From: Myxococcota bacterium
GTDB taxonomy: Bacteria; Myxococcota_A; UBA9160; JAFDDA01
Direction of reading: 5' to 3'
Length of the DNA: 64,000 bases
Assembly (NCBI GenBank): GCA_965228475.1
Contig: OZ245817.1
Span: 4,928,001-4,992,000, forward strand
Shown: positions 43,313 through 53,957 of the stretch, one piece after another
Layout: the number at the start of each line of letters is the position of its first letter
How positions within the stretch are numbered: the first letter of the stretch is position 1
Made by a program: the position numbers and the translations under genes
The notes under the pieces: generated by a model
The model's database searches: none
Told to the model about the DNA's origin: nothing
The model's input: the letters and a program-made list of their open reading frames with translations, nothing else

Positions 43313-43972
43313 GTGCCGATCGAACTCGAACGCGACGGCGACGTCTTCGTGCTCCGCATGCGCGAGGGGGAGAACCGCTTCAACCGGAACTTCATGGACG
43401 CGCTGTGCTCGGCGCTCGACGAGGTCGAGCGGAGCGAGGGAGCGGCGGCGCTCGTCACCGTCGGGGAGGGCAAGTTCTATTCGAACGGGCTCGATCTCGC
43501 CTGGATGGGCGGCGAAGGCAAGGATCAGGCCGACGACCTGCTCCGTGACGTCCACAAGATGTTCGCGCGCTTCCTCGCCTTCCCGCTGGTGACCGTCGCC
43601 GCGATGAACGGCCACGCCTTCGCGGGCGGCGGGATGATGGCGCTCGCCCAGGACTTCCGGGTCATGCGCAGCGACCGCGGTTACTTCTGCCTGCCCGAAG
43701 CGGACCTCGGCCTGCCGCTCACGCCCGGCATGAACGCGGTGGTGACGGGCAAGCTCCCGAAGGTGACCGCCCACGAGGCGATCGTCACCGGCCAGCGCTA
43801 CGGCGGGGAGGACTGCGCACGCCTCGGCATCGTTCACGAGGCCGTGCCCGAGGCCGAGGTGTTGCCGCGCGCGCTCGAGCGGGTCCGCCCGCTCGTGGGC
43901 AAGGACCGCGGCACGCAAGCCGCGCTGAAGCGCCGCCTCTACGAGGCCGAGCTCGCGATCCTCGAGGGCTGA
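43313..43972 (+). CDS. Enoyl-CoA isomerase/hydratase family protein
   Basis: ENRFN, KFYSNGLDL, NGHAFAGG, FCLPEADLG. Confidence 0.88.
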   Translation: MPIELERDGDVFVLRMREGENRFNRNFMDALCSALDEVERSEGAAALVTVGEGKFYSNGLDLAWMGGEGKDQADDLLRDVHKMFARFLAFPLVTVAAMNGHAFAGGGMMALAQDFRVMRSDRGYFCLPEADLGLPLTPGMNAVVTGKLPKVTAHEAIVTGQRYGGEDCARLGIVHEAVPEAEVLPRALERVRPLVGKDRGTQAALKRRLYEAELAILEG

Positions 43973-43974
43973 CC

Positions 43975-44724
43975 GTGCGCTTCGAGGGAAAGGTCGCCTG
44001 CGTGACCGGCGCCGGGTCGGGGATCGGCGAGGCGGTCGCCCTGCGCCTGGCGCGGGAGGGCGCGCGCATCCACGGCGTCGACGTCGACGGCGGGGAGCTC
44101 GAGCGGGTCGCGGAAGGCGTGAGGGCCGCCGGCTCGGAGCTTCGCGCGTTCACGGCGGACGTGTCGGACCGCGAGGCCTGCTTCGCCGCGGTGGCGGACG
44201 CCGTTTCCGGCTTCGGCGGCGTCGACGTCCTGTGCAACATCGCCGGGATCTTCCGTTCGGCGCGCGCGCACGAGATGGCCGCCGAAGACTGGGAACGCGT
44301 GCTCGCCGTGAACTTGAACGGCGCCTTCTACATGAGCCAGGCGGCCATCCCGCACCTGATCGAGCGCGGTGGCAACATCGTCAACATGGCGAGCAACGCC
44401 GGGCTCATGGGCCAGGCCTACACGGCGGCCTACGGCGCGAGCAAGGCGGCGCTCATCAACCTCACGAAGTCGCTGGCCATGGAGTACATGAAGGACGGGA
44501 TCCGCGTGAACGCGCTCGCGCCCTCCGGGACCGTCACCAAGCTCGCGATCGGCGTGAAGTTCCCGGACGACCCGGACCCCGACCTCACCGCGCGCTACTC
44601 CGGCATGCGCGGGGTCAGCCTGCCCGAGGAGGTCGCCGAGGCGGTCGCCTACCTCGCGAGTGACGCCGCCAGCTCCGTTCACGGCGCGGTCTGGACCCTC
44701 GACAACGGAGTGACCGCGGGCTGA
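43975..44724 (+). CDS. SDR family oxidoreductase
   Basis: TGAGSGIG, CNIAG, YGASK. Confidence 0.92.
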   Translation: MRFEGKVACVTGAGSGIGEAVALRLAREGARIHGVDVDGGELERVAEGVRAAGSELRAFTADVSDREACFAAVADAVSGFGGVDVLCNIAGIFRSARAHEMAAEDWERVLAVNLNGAFYMSQAAIPHLIERGGNIVNMASNAGLMGQAYTAAYGASKAALINLTKSLAMEYMKDGIRVNALAPSGTVTKLAIGVKFPDDPDPDLTARYSGMRGVSLPEEVAEAVAYLASDAASSVHGAVWTLDNGVTAG

Positions 44725-44744
44725 GCCACGGCCCCGCCCGCTCT

Positions 44745-45788
44745 TCAGAGGAACCGCGCGAGAAGCGCCCCGAGCAGCGCCTTGATCGCCCAGGTCGAAA
44801 TGGGGATCAGCAGATAGGCGGCGAACCGGCGCCACCCTTCGTTGGCGATGGGCCATTCGCGCAGGCCCTCGATCGTTCGCTGGTAGCTGAGGAGTTCGGG
44901 GGTCGAGAGCCGGTCGGCCTCGGCCGCGAGCCGGGACGAAGCGAGGGCCGAACGATCCCCGCCGAGCGCCCGCACGACGCGCTTCACCTCGGCACGCTTG
45001 GCCTCGACGATCCGTTGCCGCACGCCCAGGGAGGGCAGCAGCAGCGCAGCGAGCGACATGCCGCCGATCACCAGCGTCGCGACCACGACGCCGCCGACGT
45101 GGATGTTCGTGCCGACGCCGAGCGCCAGGCCGAAGACCCCCAGCGGCACGAGGGAGGTGCGAACCCCGAAGCGGCCGAAGGGCGCGAGGGTTCCGAGCTC
45201 GAAGAGGTCGATGCGCGTCGAGTCGAGACCGATGCGGCGGAGTCCGCGCGCGAGCTGCAGCATCAGCAGGAGCGGCCCCGCGATGATGAGCATCGTGAGG
45301 AGCGAGATGCTCACGATGTAGAAATCGAGCGGCGTGGCCTCGGACCCGAAGATCGTCGAGATGCGGCCGACGTTCGCCTCCATGCCGACCACGGCCGCGA
45401 GCAGCAGGAAGCTCGTGAGCCCCGCGGTGTGGCGCAGCGGCAGGCGCTCGAGCTCTTCGAGTTCGGTCTCGCCCGTCGTGAGGTGGGGCCGGAGCTTCTG
45501 GAGGTCACCCCGGGCCATGCGCGCGCACCAGGCCACACCGATCGGTCCGAAGGAGAGCACCACGCCGAAGAACATCATCGGGCGAAGCTCGGCTTCGCCG
45601 AGGGCGACGGGGAAGCCGAGCCACCGGGAGACGGCGACCCAGGCCGCGAGCTGCAGACCGAACACGAGGAAAGCCCCGGCGACGGCCGTGGAAATGGGGC
45701 CGAGCGGGGACCGCTCGAGCAGCCGGACGAACCACGGCGCCGAGGGCGGCGCCACGGCGAGCGCGTCTTCGAAAACGGGGTCGACCAT
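44745..45788 (-). CDS. Hypothetical polytopic membrane protein
   Basis: About 7 hydrophobic segments; C-terminal EWP motif; no family recognised. Confidence 0.75.
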   Translation of the reverse strand: MVDPVFEDALAVAPPSAPWFVRLLERSPLGPISTAVAGAFLVFGLQLAAWVAVSRWLGFPVALGEAELRPMMFFGVVLSFGPIGVAWCARMARGDLQKLRPHLTTGETELEELERLPLRHTAGLTSFLLLAAVVGMEANVGRISTIFGSEATPLDFYIVSISLLTMLIIAGPLLLMLQLARGLRRIGLDSTRIDLFELGTLAPFGRFGVRTSLVPLGVFGLALGVGTNIHVGGVVVATLVIGGMSLAALLLPSLGVRQRIVEAKRAEVKRVVRALGGDRSALASSRLAAEADRLSTPELLSYQRTIEGLREWPIANEGWRRFAAYLLIPISTWAIKALLGALLARFL

Positions 45789-45803
45789 GGTGTCGTCGGC
45801 AGC

Positions 45804-46286
45804 CTACTTCCGGAGCCCGCGCTTCGCTTCGGGCCGGAGGTCGTGCTCCGCTGCGGGTACCGCAGACCGGGTCGCCGCCGGCTTCCGGACGGCTGCAGGG
45901 GCAGCGGCCGCGGGTTCGCCGCCGCCGCCCGTCCGGTACTGCCCGGCCACCGGGTTCTTGCCCGCGGGAGGCCTGCGGCCCGTCGTGCCGTCGCCGAAGC
46001 GGACCGGACCGGTGGCCGGGTCGAGTGCGGAGGCGCCGGGGTCGCTAGCCGCGGGGTTCGTCCACTCCGGGGTGTGGACGGGGATCCGGCCGGCGCCTTC
46101 CTCGACGAGTTCACCCCGGAGCGAGCCGTAGCTCCGGTCGTCGAGCACCGGCCGGTGGATGGCCCGGTTCTCGCCCTCGGTCCGGGTCCCGAGCTTCGAT
46201 CCCGCAGTAGACTCCGCGGTCGAGGCCGGGGCATTTACGAGCAAGGCCACCCCGAGCAGGGCGGGCCAGGAGCGATGGGGTCGCAA
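45804..46286 (-). CDS. Small secreted protein carrying baseplate-J/Afp11-like motifs
   Basis: TTG start after GGGGAG; signal peptide; LDDRSY...RIPVHTPEWTN...SDPG and LDPATG-VRFGDG--G--PP-G...YRTGGG. Confidence 0.7.
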   Translation of the reverse strand: MRPHRSWPALLGVALLVNAPASTAESTAGSKLGTRTEGENRAIHRPVLDDRSYGSLRGELVEEGAGRIPVHTPEWTNPAASDPGASALDPATGPVRFGDGTTGRRPPAGKNPVAGQYRTGGGGEPAAAAPAAVRKPAATRSAVPAAEHDLRPEAKRGLRK

Positions 46287-46294
46287 CGCTCCCC

Positions 46295-46798
46295 CTAGAG
46301 GCGCCGGGCGGCGCCGACGTCCTCGGCCGGGGCCCGCGGGTAGTCCGGGTAGACGTGGGTGCGGCTCCGGCGGACGCCGAGCTGCTCCATGGCCCCGAGG
46401 ACGTCCCGGCGGCTCACCTGGCCGATCAGTGTGCCGTTTTCGACCACCGGCAGGCGGCGGACGGCGTGGGTCTGGAAGGTCTGGGCCAGGGCGTAGAGGT
46501 CGACGCCCGGCTCGATCGTCAGGCAGTCGCGGGACATGTAGTCGCCCACGTGGCCCTCTTCGCGGTGGTCGTCCGAGTAGAACTCGCCGGCGGAGAGGAT
46601 CCGCAGGCAGTCGAGCTCCGAGAGCATCCCGGCCAGGCGGCCCTGGGCGTCCACCACCGGGGCCCCGGAGATCTTGTTCTTCAGCAGCGTGCGGATCGCC
46701 GCGGAGATCTCCATCTCCTGGGTGAAGGTCACGAGCTTCCGGGACATGATGTCGCGGGCGGTGGGGACCTGATGGGCGATGCGGCTGACGTCTCGCAT
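46295..46798 (-). CDS. CBS domain-pair protein
   Basis: ARDIMS, ISGAPVVD, GMLSELDC, RRLPVV, GQVSRRD; AGGAGG RBS. Confidence 0.92.
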   Translation of the reverse strand: MRDVSRIAHQVPTARDIMSRKLVTFTQEMEISAAIRTLLKNKISGAPVVDAQGRLAGMLSELDCLRILSAGEFYSDDHREEGHVGDYMSRDCLTIEPGVDLYALAQTFQTHAVRRLPVVENGTLIGQVSRRDVLGAMEQLGVRRSRTHVYPDYPRAPAEDVGAARRL

Positions 46799-46992
46799 GG
46801 GTGCCTCCTGGCTTCGGGCCGGGGAGCCTTCGAGACACCTACCGGTGTCCGGGCCCGGCAGCTAACATCCTATCACTCGAAGCCGGCGGGCCCGGCTCGA
46901 CGTCTGTCCCCTCGGGGAACACGATCTGACATCATCCTTTTCCCGGGCGGCGACCATGGCCGCAGGCCCGTGTAATCGCTAGAGAAACGACC

Positions 46993-48372
46993 GTGACGGT
47001 TCACGAGATCTCCAAGGGCCTCGACCTCCCGATTCAGACCGAGCTGAAGCAGATCGTGCGATCGACGGTGTGGCCCAACCGGGTCGCCGTCATCGCCGAC
47101 GACTTCCCCGGCATGAAGCCCGCGATGAAGGTCGAAGAGGGCCAGACCGTGAAGCGCGGTCAGGTGCTCTTCGAAGACCGGAAGTGTCCGGGCGTTCTGC
47201 ACACCGCGCCGGGCGCCGGCCGCGTGATCGGCGTGCACCGCGGCGCGAAGCGCGTGCTCCAATCCGTGGCGATCGATCTGACGGACCGCGAGCGCGCCGG
47301 CGAGTTCGACGAAGAAGAAGCCGTCGCCTTCGGCACCTACACGGGCAAGTCTCCGGGCGAGCTCACGCGCGAGCAGATCGTGGCGCTGCTCGTCGAGTCC
47401 GGGCAGTGGACGGCGCTTCGCACGCGGCCCTTCAGCAAGACGCCGAGCCCTTCTTCGACGCCCCACTCCATCTTCATCAACGCGATGGACACGAACCCGA
47501 TGGCACCCGTGCCGGACGTGGTCATCGAGAAGCGCCGCGAGGACTTCGCCCGGGGCGTCGCGATCCTGACGCGCCTCACCGAAGGCAAGACCTACCTCTG
47601 CCTGGCGGCGGATTCCGAGGCCGACGCGGGCATCGACGCCCCGGTCACGGTCGAGCGCTTCCGGGGACCGCACCCGGCGGGCAACACCGGCCTCCACATC
47701 CATCTCGTCGACCCGGTCCACCGCGAAAAGACGGTCTGGACGATCGGTTACCCGGACGTGATCGCGATCGGCCGGCTGTTCGCGACCGGCCAGCTCGACG
47801 TCGAGCGCATCGTCTCGATCGCGGGGCCGCCGGTTCCCGAGGAGCGCCTGGTCCGCACGCGGCTCGGCGCCTCCACCGACGACCTCGCCGGCGGCGTCGA
47901 CTACGGCGGCGAGGTCCGGCTGATCGCGGGTTCCGTGATCTCCGGGAAGAAGGCCATGGGCGACGCCTTCGGCTACCTCGGCCGCCACGACCGCCAGGTC
48001 AGCGTGCTGCGGGAAGGCCGCGAGCGCGTCTTCATGGGCTGGCTCACGCCGGGCTGGGACGCCTTCTCGACCCTGCCGATCTACCTCTCGCGCCTCTTCC
48101 CGAGCCGCCGCTTCGACTTCACGACCAGCACGAACGGTTCCCGGCGCGTCATCATCGCCATCGGCGCCTTCGAGCGCGTCATGCCCTTCGACATCGAGCC
48201 CTCCTATCTGATTCGCGCCCTCGCCGTCGGCGACGTGGAAGAGGCGGAGAAGCTCGGCGCGCTCGAGCTCGACGAAGAAGACCTCGCCCTCTGCTCGTTC
48301 GTCTGCTCGAGCAAGAACGACTACGGCCCGATGCTGCGTCGCAACCTCGAGATCATCGAGAAGGAAGGCTGA
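46993..48372 (+). CDS. nqrA: Na+-translocating NADH:quinone reductase subunit A
   Basis: KGLDLPI, RTRPFSK, MDTNP, GPHPAG, LGALELDEEDLALC, IEKEG. Confidence 0.96.
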   Translation: MTVHEISKGLDLPIQTELKQIVRSTVWPNRVAVIADDFPGMKPAMKVEEGQTVKRGQVLFEDRKCPGVLHTAPGAGRVIGVHRGAKRVLQSVAIDLTDRERAGEFDEEEAVAFGTYTGKSPGELTREQIVALLVESGQWTALRTRPFSKTPSPSSTPHSIFINAMDTNPMAPVPDVVIEKRREDFARGVAILTRLTEGKTYLCLAADSEADAGIDAPVTVERFRGPHPAGNTGLHIHLVDPVHREKTVWTIGYPDVIAIGRLFATGQLDVERIVSIAGPPVPEERLVRTRLGASTDDLAGGVDYGGEVRLIAGSVISGKKAMGDAFGYLGRHDRQVSVLREGRERVFMGWLTPGWDAFSTLPIYLSRLFPSRRFDFTTSTNGSRRVIIAIGAFERVMPFDIEPSYLIRALAVGDVEEAEKLGALELDEEDLALCSFVCSSKNDYGPMLRRNLEIIEKEG

Positions 48373-49592
48373 TGAAGTGGCTGCGTGACATTCACGACCA
48401 GGTCGACCCGCTCTTCGCCAAGGGCGGCAAGTTCGAGAAGGTCCACGCGCTCTGGGAAGCGCACGATACGGCCATGTTCACGCCGGGCGAGGTCACCCGG
48501 ACCGCGCCCCACGTGCGTGACGGCCTCGACATGAAGCGGCTGATGATCACCGTCGTGGTCGCCCTTCAGCCGTGCCTGCTCTGGGCGCTCTACAACACGG
48601 GCTACCAGTCGCTGCTCGCCATCGAGAACGGTGCGCTCCCGCGCGACGACTGGCAGATGGCGCTCTACCAGTTCCTCGGCCTGGCCTTCGACTCGGGCAA
48701 CGTCGGGCTGTGCGCGATCTTCGGCGCCCTCTACTTCCTCCCCATCTACATCACCGGCATGCTGGTCGGGGCGGTGATCGAGTTCGGCAACGCGATCCTC
48801 CGCCACGAGGAGGTGAACGAAGGTTTCCTCGTCACCGGGATGCTGCTGCCCCTGACGCTTCCCCCGACGATTCCGCTCTGGATGGTCGGCCTCGGCATGG
48901 CCTTCGGTCTGATCTTCGGCAAGGAGGTCTTCGGCGGTACGGGCATGAACTTCCTGAACCCGGCGCTCACCGCGCGGGTCTTCCTGTTCTTCGCCTACCC
49001 CGCCTACATGAGCGGCGACGCGCCCTGGATCGCCGCAGACCTGACCACCACGGTCGACTCCTACACCGGCGCCACCTGGCTCGCCCAGGCCGCCGTGGTG
49101 CCCAACGTCCTCCAGGACGCGAGCTGGAGCGACGCCTTCTTCGGCTTCGTCCCGGGCTCGATGGGGGAGACGTCGGCCTTCGCCTGCCTATTAGGGTTGG
49201 TGATCCTACTCGTCATGCGGATCGCGGCCTGGCAGACCGTCGCAGGCGTGACGCTCGGGACGATCGTGCTCGCGGCCTTCTTGAACACCGTGGGCTCGAG
49301 CACGAACCCGCTGTTCGAGGTGCCGTTCTGGTGGCACATGGTGCTCGGGGGCTGGGCCTTCGGGATGGTCTTCATGGCGACCGACCCGGTTTCCTCGGCC
49401 TACACCAACGTCGGGAAGTTCTGGTACGGAGTCGGGATCGGCGTGCTCGCCATCTTGGTGCGCGTGGTGAACCCCGCGTACCCGGAGGGCATGATGCTCG
49501 CCATCCTCTTCATGAACATGTTCGCGCCGCTGATCGACCACTTCGTGCTGCGCGGCAACATCGAGCGGAGGCTCGCGCGGAATGCAGCATAG
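48372..49592 (+). CDS. nqrB: Na+-NQR subunit B
   Basis: HVRDGLDMKR, GKEVFGGTG, YTGAT (FMN-Thr), GSMGETS, MATDPVS. Confidence 0.96.
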   Translation: MKWLRDIHDQVDPLFAKGGKFEKVHALWEAHDTAMFTPGEVTRTAPHVRDGLDMKRLMITVVVALQPCLLWALYNTGYQSLLAIENGALPRDDWQMALYQFLGLAFDSGNVGLCAIFGALYFLPIYITGMLVGAVIEFGNAILRHEEVNEGFLVTGMLLPLTLPPTIPLWMVGLGMAFGLIFGKEVFGGTGMNFLNPALTARVFLFFAYPAYMSGDAPWIAADLTTTVDSYTGATWLAQAAVVPNVLQDASWSDAFFGFVPGSMGETSAFACLLGLVILLVMRIAAWQTVAGVTLGTIVLAAFLNTVGSSTNPLFEVPFWWHMVLGGWAFGMVFMATDPVSSAYTNVGKFWYGVGIGVLAILVRVVNPAYPEGMMLAILFMNMFAPLIDHFVLRGNIERRLARNAA

Positions 49593-50361
49593 TAGTCGCT
49601 ACATCGTGCTCTTCGCCCTCGCCGTCTGCGGCGTGTGCTCGGTCTTCGTGGCGAGCGCCGCGGTCTCCCTGAAGGACCGCCAGATCGAGAACCAGCGCCT
49701 CGACGTCCAGAAGAAGGTGCTGGGCGTGGCCGGGCTCATGAAGCCCGGCGAGAGCCTCGAGCGCGAAGAGATCACCCGGCTCTTCTCGGAGCGCGTCGAA
49801 GCCCGCGTCGTGGATCTCGAGAGCGGCTCCTATGCGGAATCCATCGCGGCGGACGATTTCGACCAGCGCGTCGCGAGCAAGGACCCGGAGCGCAGCCGCC
49901 CGGCGCCCCCGAACGGCGCGAAGGTCCTGCGCGTCCCGCATCACGGGAAGGTCTTCGAGGTCAAGGAAGGCGGGGACGTCGTCTCCCTGATCCTGCCCAT
50001 CGAAGGCAAGGGCCTCTGGTCCACGCTCTACGGCTTCATCGCGCTCTCGGCGGACACGCGCACCATCCTGGGGATCACCTTCTACGAGCACGGCGAGACG
50101 CCGGGGCTCGGCGGCGAGGTCGACAACCCGCGCTGGAAGGCGCTCTGGGAGGGCCGGAAGGCCTTCGACGCCCAGTGGGAGCCGAAGATCGCCGTCAAGA
50201 AGGGCGCGGCCGGGCCGGTCGAGAGCGACCCGTATCAGGTCGACGGCCTCTCCGGCGCCACGGTCACCAGCCGCGGCGTGACGTATCTCGTGCGCTTCTG
50301 GCTCGGCGAGGACGGGTTCGGCCCGTTCCTGGCACAGCACCGCTCCTCGAGGGGAATCTGA
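49582..50361 (+). CDS. nqrC: Na+-NQR subunit C
   Basis: [25 protein letters not shown] (FMN-Thr). Confidence 0.96.
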   Translation: MQHSSRYIVLFALAVCGVCSVFVASAAVSLKDRQIENQRLDVQKKVLGVAGLMKPGESLEREEITRLFSERVEARVVDLESGSYAESIAADDFDQRVASKDPERSRPAPPNGAKVLRVPHHGKVFEVKEGGDVVSLILPIEGKGLWSTLYGFIALSADTRTILGITFYEHGETPGLGGEVDNPRWKALWEGRKAFDAQWEPKIAVKKGAAGPVESDPYQVDGLSGATVTSRGVTYLVRFWLGEDGFGPFLAQHRSSRGI

Positions 50362-50362
50362 G

Positions 50363-51031
50363 ATGTCGAAAGAACGCGAGGCGCTGCTCGACCCGCTCTT
50401 CAACAACAACCCGATCGCGCTGCAGGTGCTGGGCATCTGCTCGGCGCTCGCCGTCACGACCCAGCTCAAGCCCTCGGTCGTGATGTCGGTGGCCGTGATC
50501 GCAGTGCTCGTGGCTTCGAACGTCGCGGTGAGCCTGATCCGGAACTACATCCCGGCGAGCATCCGCATCATCGTGCAGCTCACGATCATCGCCTCGCTCG
50601 TGATCATCACGGACCAGGTGCTGAAGGCCTTCGTCTACGACGTCAGCAAGCAGCTCTCGGTCTTCGTCGGCCTGATCATCACGAACTGCATCGTGATGGG
50701 GCGCGCCGAGGCGTTCGCCATGCAGAACGGGCCGAAGCTCTCGATGATCGACGGCATCGGCAACGGCCTCGGCTACGGGCTGATCCTCGTGGTCGTGGGT
50801 TTCCTCCGCGAGCTCTTCGGCTCGGGGAAGGTTTGGGGATACACGGTGCTCAAGCCCGTGACCGAAGGCGGCTGGTACGAGCCGAACGGTCTCATGGTCT
50901 TGGCCCCGGCAGCATTCTTCCTGATCGGTGGCTTCATCTGGGTCGTCCGCAGCTGGAAGACCGAGCAGGTGGAGGAGGACTTCCATGTTGGAGCACTATT
51001 TGAGCCTGGCCACGAAGGCAATCTTCGTTGA
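50363..51031 (+). CDS. nqrD: Na+-NQR subunit D
   Basis: [34 protein letters not shown]. Confidence 0.96.
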   Translation: MSKEREALLDPLFNNNPIALQVLGICSALAVTTQLKPSVVMSVAVIAVLVASNVAVSLIRNYIPASIRIIVQLTIIASLVIITDQVLKAFVYDVSKQLSVFVGLIITNCIVMGRAEAFAMQNGPKLSMIDGIGNGLGYGLILVVVGFLRELFGSGKVWGYTVLKPVTEGGWYEPNGLMVLAPAAFFLIGGFIWVVRSWKTEQVEEDFHVGALFEPGHEGNLR

Positions 51032-51596
51032 GAACATGGCTCTGGCCTTCTTCCTGGGGATGTGCTCCTTCCTAGCCGTCTCCAAGAAGGTCGAAACAGC
51101 AATCGGGCTCGGGTTCGCCGTCATCTTCGTGTTGGCGGTGACGACGCCGTTGAACCAGGTCCTGACCGAGACCTTGATCTCGCCCGGCGCGCTGGCGTGG
51201 GCCGGCCTGCCGGACCTCGACCTCTCCTTCCTCTCGTTCCTGACCCTGATCGGCACGATCGCGGCGACGGTGCAGATCGTCGAGATGGCCCTCGACCGCT
51301 ACTCGCCCGCCCTCTACAACGCGCTCGGCGTGTTCCTCCCGCTGATCGCGGTGAACTGCGCGATCCTCGGCGCCTCGCTCTTCATGGTCGAGCGCGACTA
51401 CACGCTCGGCGAGGCGACGGTCTTCGGCCTGGGCTCCGGCATCGGCTGGGCGCTCGCCATCGTGGCCCTGGCCGCCGTCCGCGAGCGCCTCAAGTACAGC
51501 AACGTGCCCGAGCCCCTGCGCGGCCTCGGCGTGACCTTCATCGTCGTGGGCCTCATGTCCCTCGGCTTCATGGCCTTCTCCGGCATCCAGCTCTAG
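50985..51596 (+). CDS. nqrE: Na+-NQR subunit E
   Basis: [28 protein letters not shown]. Confidence 0.96.
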   Translation: MLEHYLSLATKAIFVENMALAFFLGMCSFLAVSKKVETAIGLGFAVIFVLAVTTPLNQVLTETLISPGALAWAGLPDLDLSFLSFLTLIGTIAATVQIVEMALDRYSPALYNALGVFLPLIAVNCAILGASLFMVERDYTLGEATVFGLGSGIGWALAIVALAAVRERLKYSNVPEPLRGLGVTFIVVGLMSLGFMAFSGIQL

Positions 51597-51608
51597 GCGG
51601 GTCTTCTC

Positions 51609-52832
51609 GTGGAAACGATCCTCTTCGGCGTCCTTGGCTTCACGGTGGTGATCGTGGCGCTCGTGCTCGTGTTGATGGTAGCGAGGGCCCGGCTGGTCCC
51701 GAGCGGCGAAGTCACGATCAGCGTCAACGACGACCCCGATGCCGCCATCACCTGCGCGAGCGGCAGCACGCTCCTGAACACCCTCGCGGCCGAGAAGATC
51801 TTCATCCCCTCGGCCTGCGGCGGGAAGGGGAGCTGCGGCGTCTGCACCGTCACCGTGAAGGAAGGCGGCGGCGCCATCCTGCCGACCGAGACCAGCCACA
51901 TCTCCCGGGGTGAGGCACGCGAGGGCGTCCGGCTCTCCTGCCAGGTCAAGGTCAAGAGCGACATGAAGATCGAGATCCCGTCCGACGTGCTCTCGGTCCG
52001 CAAGTGGACGTGCAAGGTCCGCAGCAACCACAACGTCGCGACCTTCATCAAGGAGCTGATCCTCGAGCTCCCGCCCGGCGAAGACGTGCCCTTCCGCGCC
52101 GGCGGCTACATCCAGATCGAGTGCCCGCCCCACGAGGTGGCGTACAAGGACTTCGACGTCGAGGAAGAGTACCGCGAGGATTGGGACCGCTTCGACCAGT
52201 GGCGCTACGTCTCGAAGGTCACCGAAGAAGAGCAGCGCGCCTACTCGATGGCGAACTACCCGGAAGAGCACGGCATCATCATGCTGAACGTGCGCATCGC
52301 CTCGCCGCCGCCGCGCACGCCGGACGTGCCGCCGGGCATCATGTCCTCCTACATCTTCAACCTGAAGCCGGGCGACGAGGTCGTGATCTCGGGCCCCTTC
52401 GGCGAGTTCTTCGCGACCGAGAACGACACGGAGATGATCTTCATCGGCGGCGGTGCCGGCATGGCGCCCATGCGCTCGCACATCTTCGACCAGTTCCGCC
52501 GCATCCACACGGACCGCAAGGTGAGCTTCTGGTACGGCGCGCGGAGTCTGCGCGAGGCGTTCTACGTCGACGATTTCAACACGATCGCGGCGGAGAACGA
52601 CAACTTCGAGTGGCACCTCGCGCTCTCGGAGCCCCAGGAAGAGGACAAGTGGACGGGCCTCACGGGTTTCATCCACCAGGTGCTCTACGACAACTACCTG
52701 AAGGACCATCCGGCCCCCGAGGATTGCGAGTACTACATCTGCGGGCCGCCGATGATGAACGACGCCGTGTTCAAGATGCTCGAAGACCTCGGCGTCGAGC
52801 CCGAGAACATCCGCTTCGATGACTTCGGCTGA
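51609..52832 (+). CDS. nqrF: Na+-NQR subunit F
   Basis: [35 protein letters not shown]. Confidence 0.97.
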   Translation: METILFGVLGFTVVIVALVLVLMVARARLVPSGEVTISVNDDPDAAITCASGSTLLNTLAAEKIFIPSACGGKGSCGVCTVTVKEGGGAILPTETSHISRGEAREGVRLSCQVKVKSDMKIEIPSDVLSVRKWTCKVRSNHNVATFIKELILELPPGEDVPFRAGGYIQIECPPHEVAYKDFDVEEEYREDWDRFDQWRYVSKVTEEEQRAYSMANYPEEHGIIMLNVRIASPPPRTPDVPPGIMSSYIFNLKPGDEVVISGPFGEFFATENDTEMIFIGGGAGMAPMRSHIFDQFRRIHTDRKVSFWYGARSLREAFYVDDFNTIAAENDNFEWHLALSEPQEEDKWTGLTGFIHQVLYDNYLKDHPAPEDCEYYICGPPMMNDAVFKMLEDLGVEPENIRFDDFG

Positions 52833-52863
52833 TCGCCTCGGCGACGACCTCGGTTGATCTCGA

Positions 52864-53925
52864 ATGGCCCAGCCGGGAGCGCTCACCCGCCGCGCGCGGT
52901 TCGCTCTGCCCATCCTGATCCTGCTCCTGGTGCTCTTCTCGTGGCACCGGCTGCGCCAGCCGGCGCCGCCCGGGGAGCGCCCGTTCGTGGCGCTCTCGGG
53001 CCAGACGATGGGCACCACGTGGAGCGTGAAGCTTGCCACGGCCGAGTTCTCGCCCGCCGACGCGCGCGCCGCGAAGGCGGCGATCACCGGCCGGCTCGAT
53101 CGCGTGAACGCGCTCATGTCGACCTGGCGGGAGGATTCGGAGCTCTCGCGCCTGAACCGGCATGCGGCGGCGACGCCGTTCCCGCTCTCCTCCCAGACCG
53201 TCCGCGTACTCGAGATCTCGCGGGAGGTGAGCGAGGCAACGTCTGGGGCGTTCGACGTCACCGTCGGCCCGCTCGTGCGCGCCTGGGGCTTCGGTGCCGG
53301 GGCTGCGCTGACCCCGCCGGCCGCGGGCGAGCTCGAAGCGCTTCGGGAGCGGGTCGGGTTCCGGAAGCTCACGCTCGAGCCGGCCGCAGCGCGCAAGCTT
53401 CACTCCGATCTCACCGTCGACCTCTCCGCCGTCGCCAAGGGCTACGGCGTCGACCAGATCGCCGAGGCCCTCAGCGGACTCGGCCACGAGAACTTCCTCG
53501 CCGAGATCGGCGGCGAGCTGCGCGCGCGCGGCGGCCACCTCGACGGCTCGTCCTTCCGCGTCGCCATCGAAGAGCCGCGCGAGGAGGGCCGGGCCATCCA
53601 CCGCGTCGTCGCCCTGCGCGATGCCGCGATGGCCACCTCCGGCGACTACCGCAACGTCTACGAGCTCGAGGGCCGCCGCGTCGCCCACATCATCGACCCG
53701 CGCACGGGCCGCCCGGCCGAGCACGGCCTGGCCTCGGTGAGCGTCGTCCACGAGGAGGCCGCCTGGGCGGATGCCTGGGCCACCGCCCTCCAGGTGCTCG
53801 GCCCGCAGGAGGGCCTCGCCACGGCCACCGAGCGCGGTCTCGCCGCCTACTTCATCGAGCGCAGCCCGGACGGCCGCTTCACCACCGCCATGACCCCCGC
53901 CTTCGAGCCCTGGCTCGCGCGATGA
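52864..53925 (+). CDS. apbE: FAD:protein FMN transferase
   Basis: TMGT, FDVTVGPL, DLSAVAKGY, ATSGDYR, HIIDPRTG. Confidence 0.95.
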   Translation: MAQPGALTRRARFALPILILLLVLFSWHRLRQPAPPGERPFVALSGQTMGTTWSVKLATAEFSPADARAAKAAITGRLDRVNALMSTWREDSELSRLNRHAAATPFPLSSQTVRVLEISREVSEATSGAFDVTVGPLVRAWGFGAGAALTPPAAGELEALRERVGFRKLTLEPAAARKLHSDLTVDLSAVAKGYGVDQIAEALSGLGHENFLAEIGGELRARGGHLDGSSFRVAIEEPREEGRAIHRVVALRDAAMATSGDYRNVYELEGRRVAHIIDPRTGRPAEHGLASVSVVHEEAAWADAWATALQVLGPQEGLATATERGLAAYFIERSPDGRFTTAMTPAFEPWLAR

Positions 53926-53957
53926 CGCACCCGGAGCGGACGAGCTAGACTCCCCCC

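Noticed and set aside
44745..46798. Prophage or full eCIS locus around the baseplate-like gene
   Set aside because: No sheath, tube, spike, ATPase, integrase or other phage genes are recognisable nearby
47070..49592. 840-aa ORF suggesting an extended NqrB
   Set aside because: The N-terminal half is an off-frame reading of nqrA; nqrB starts at 48372
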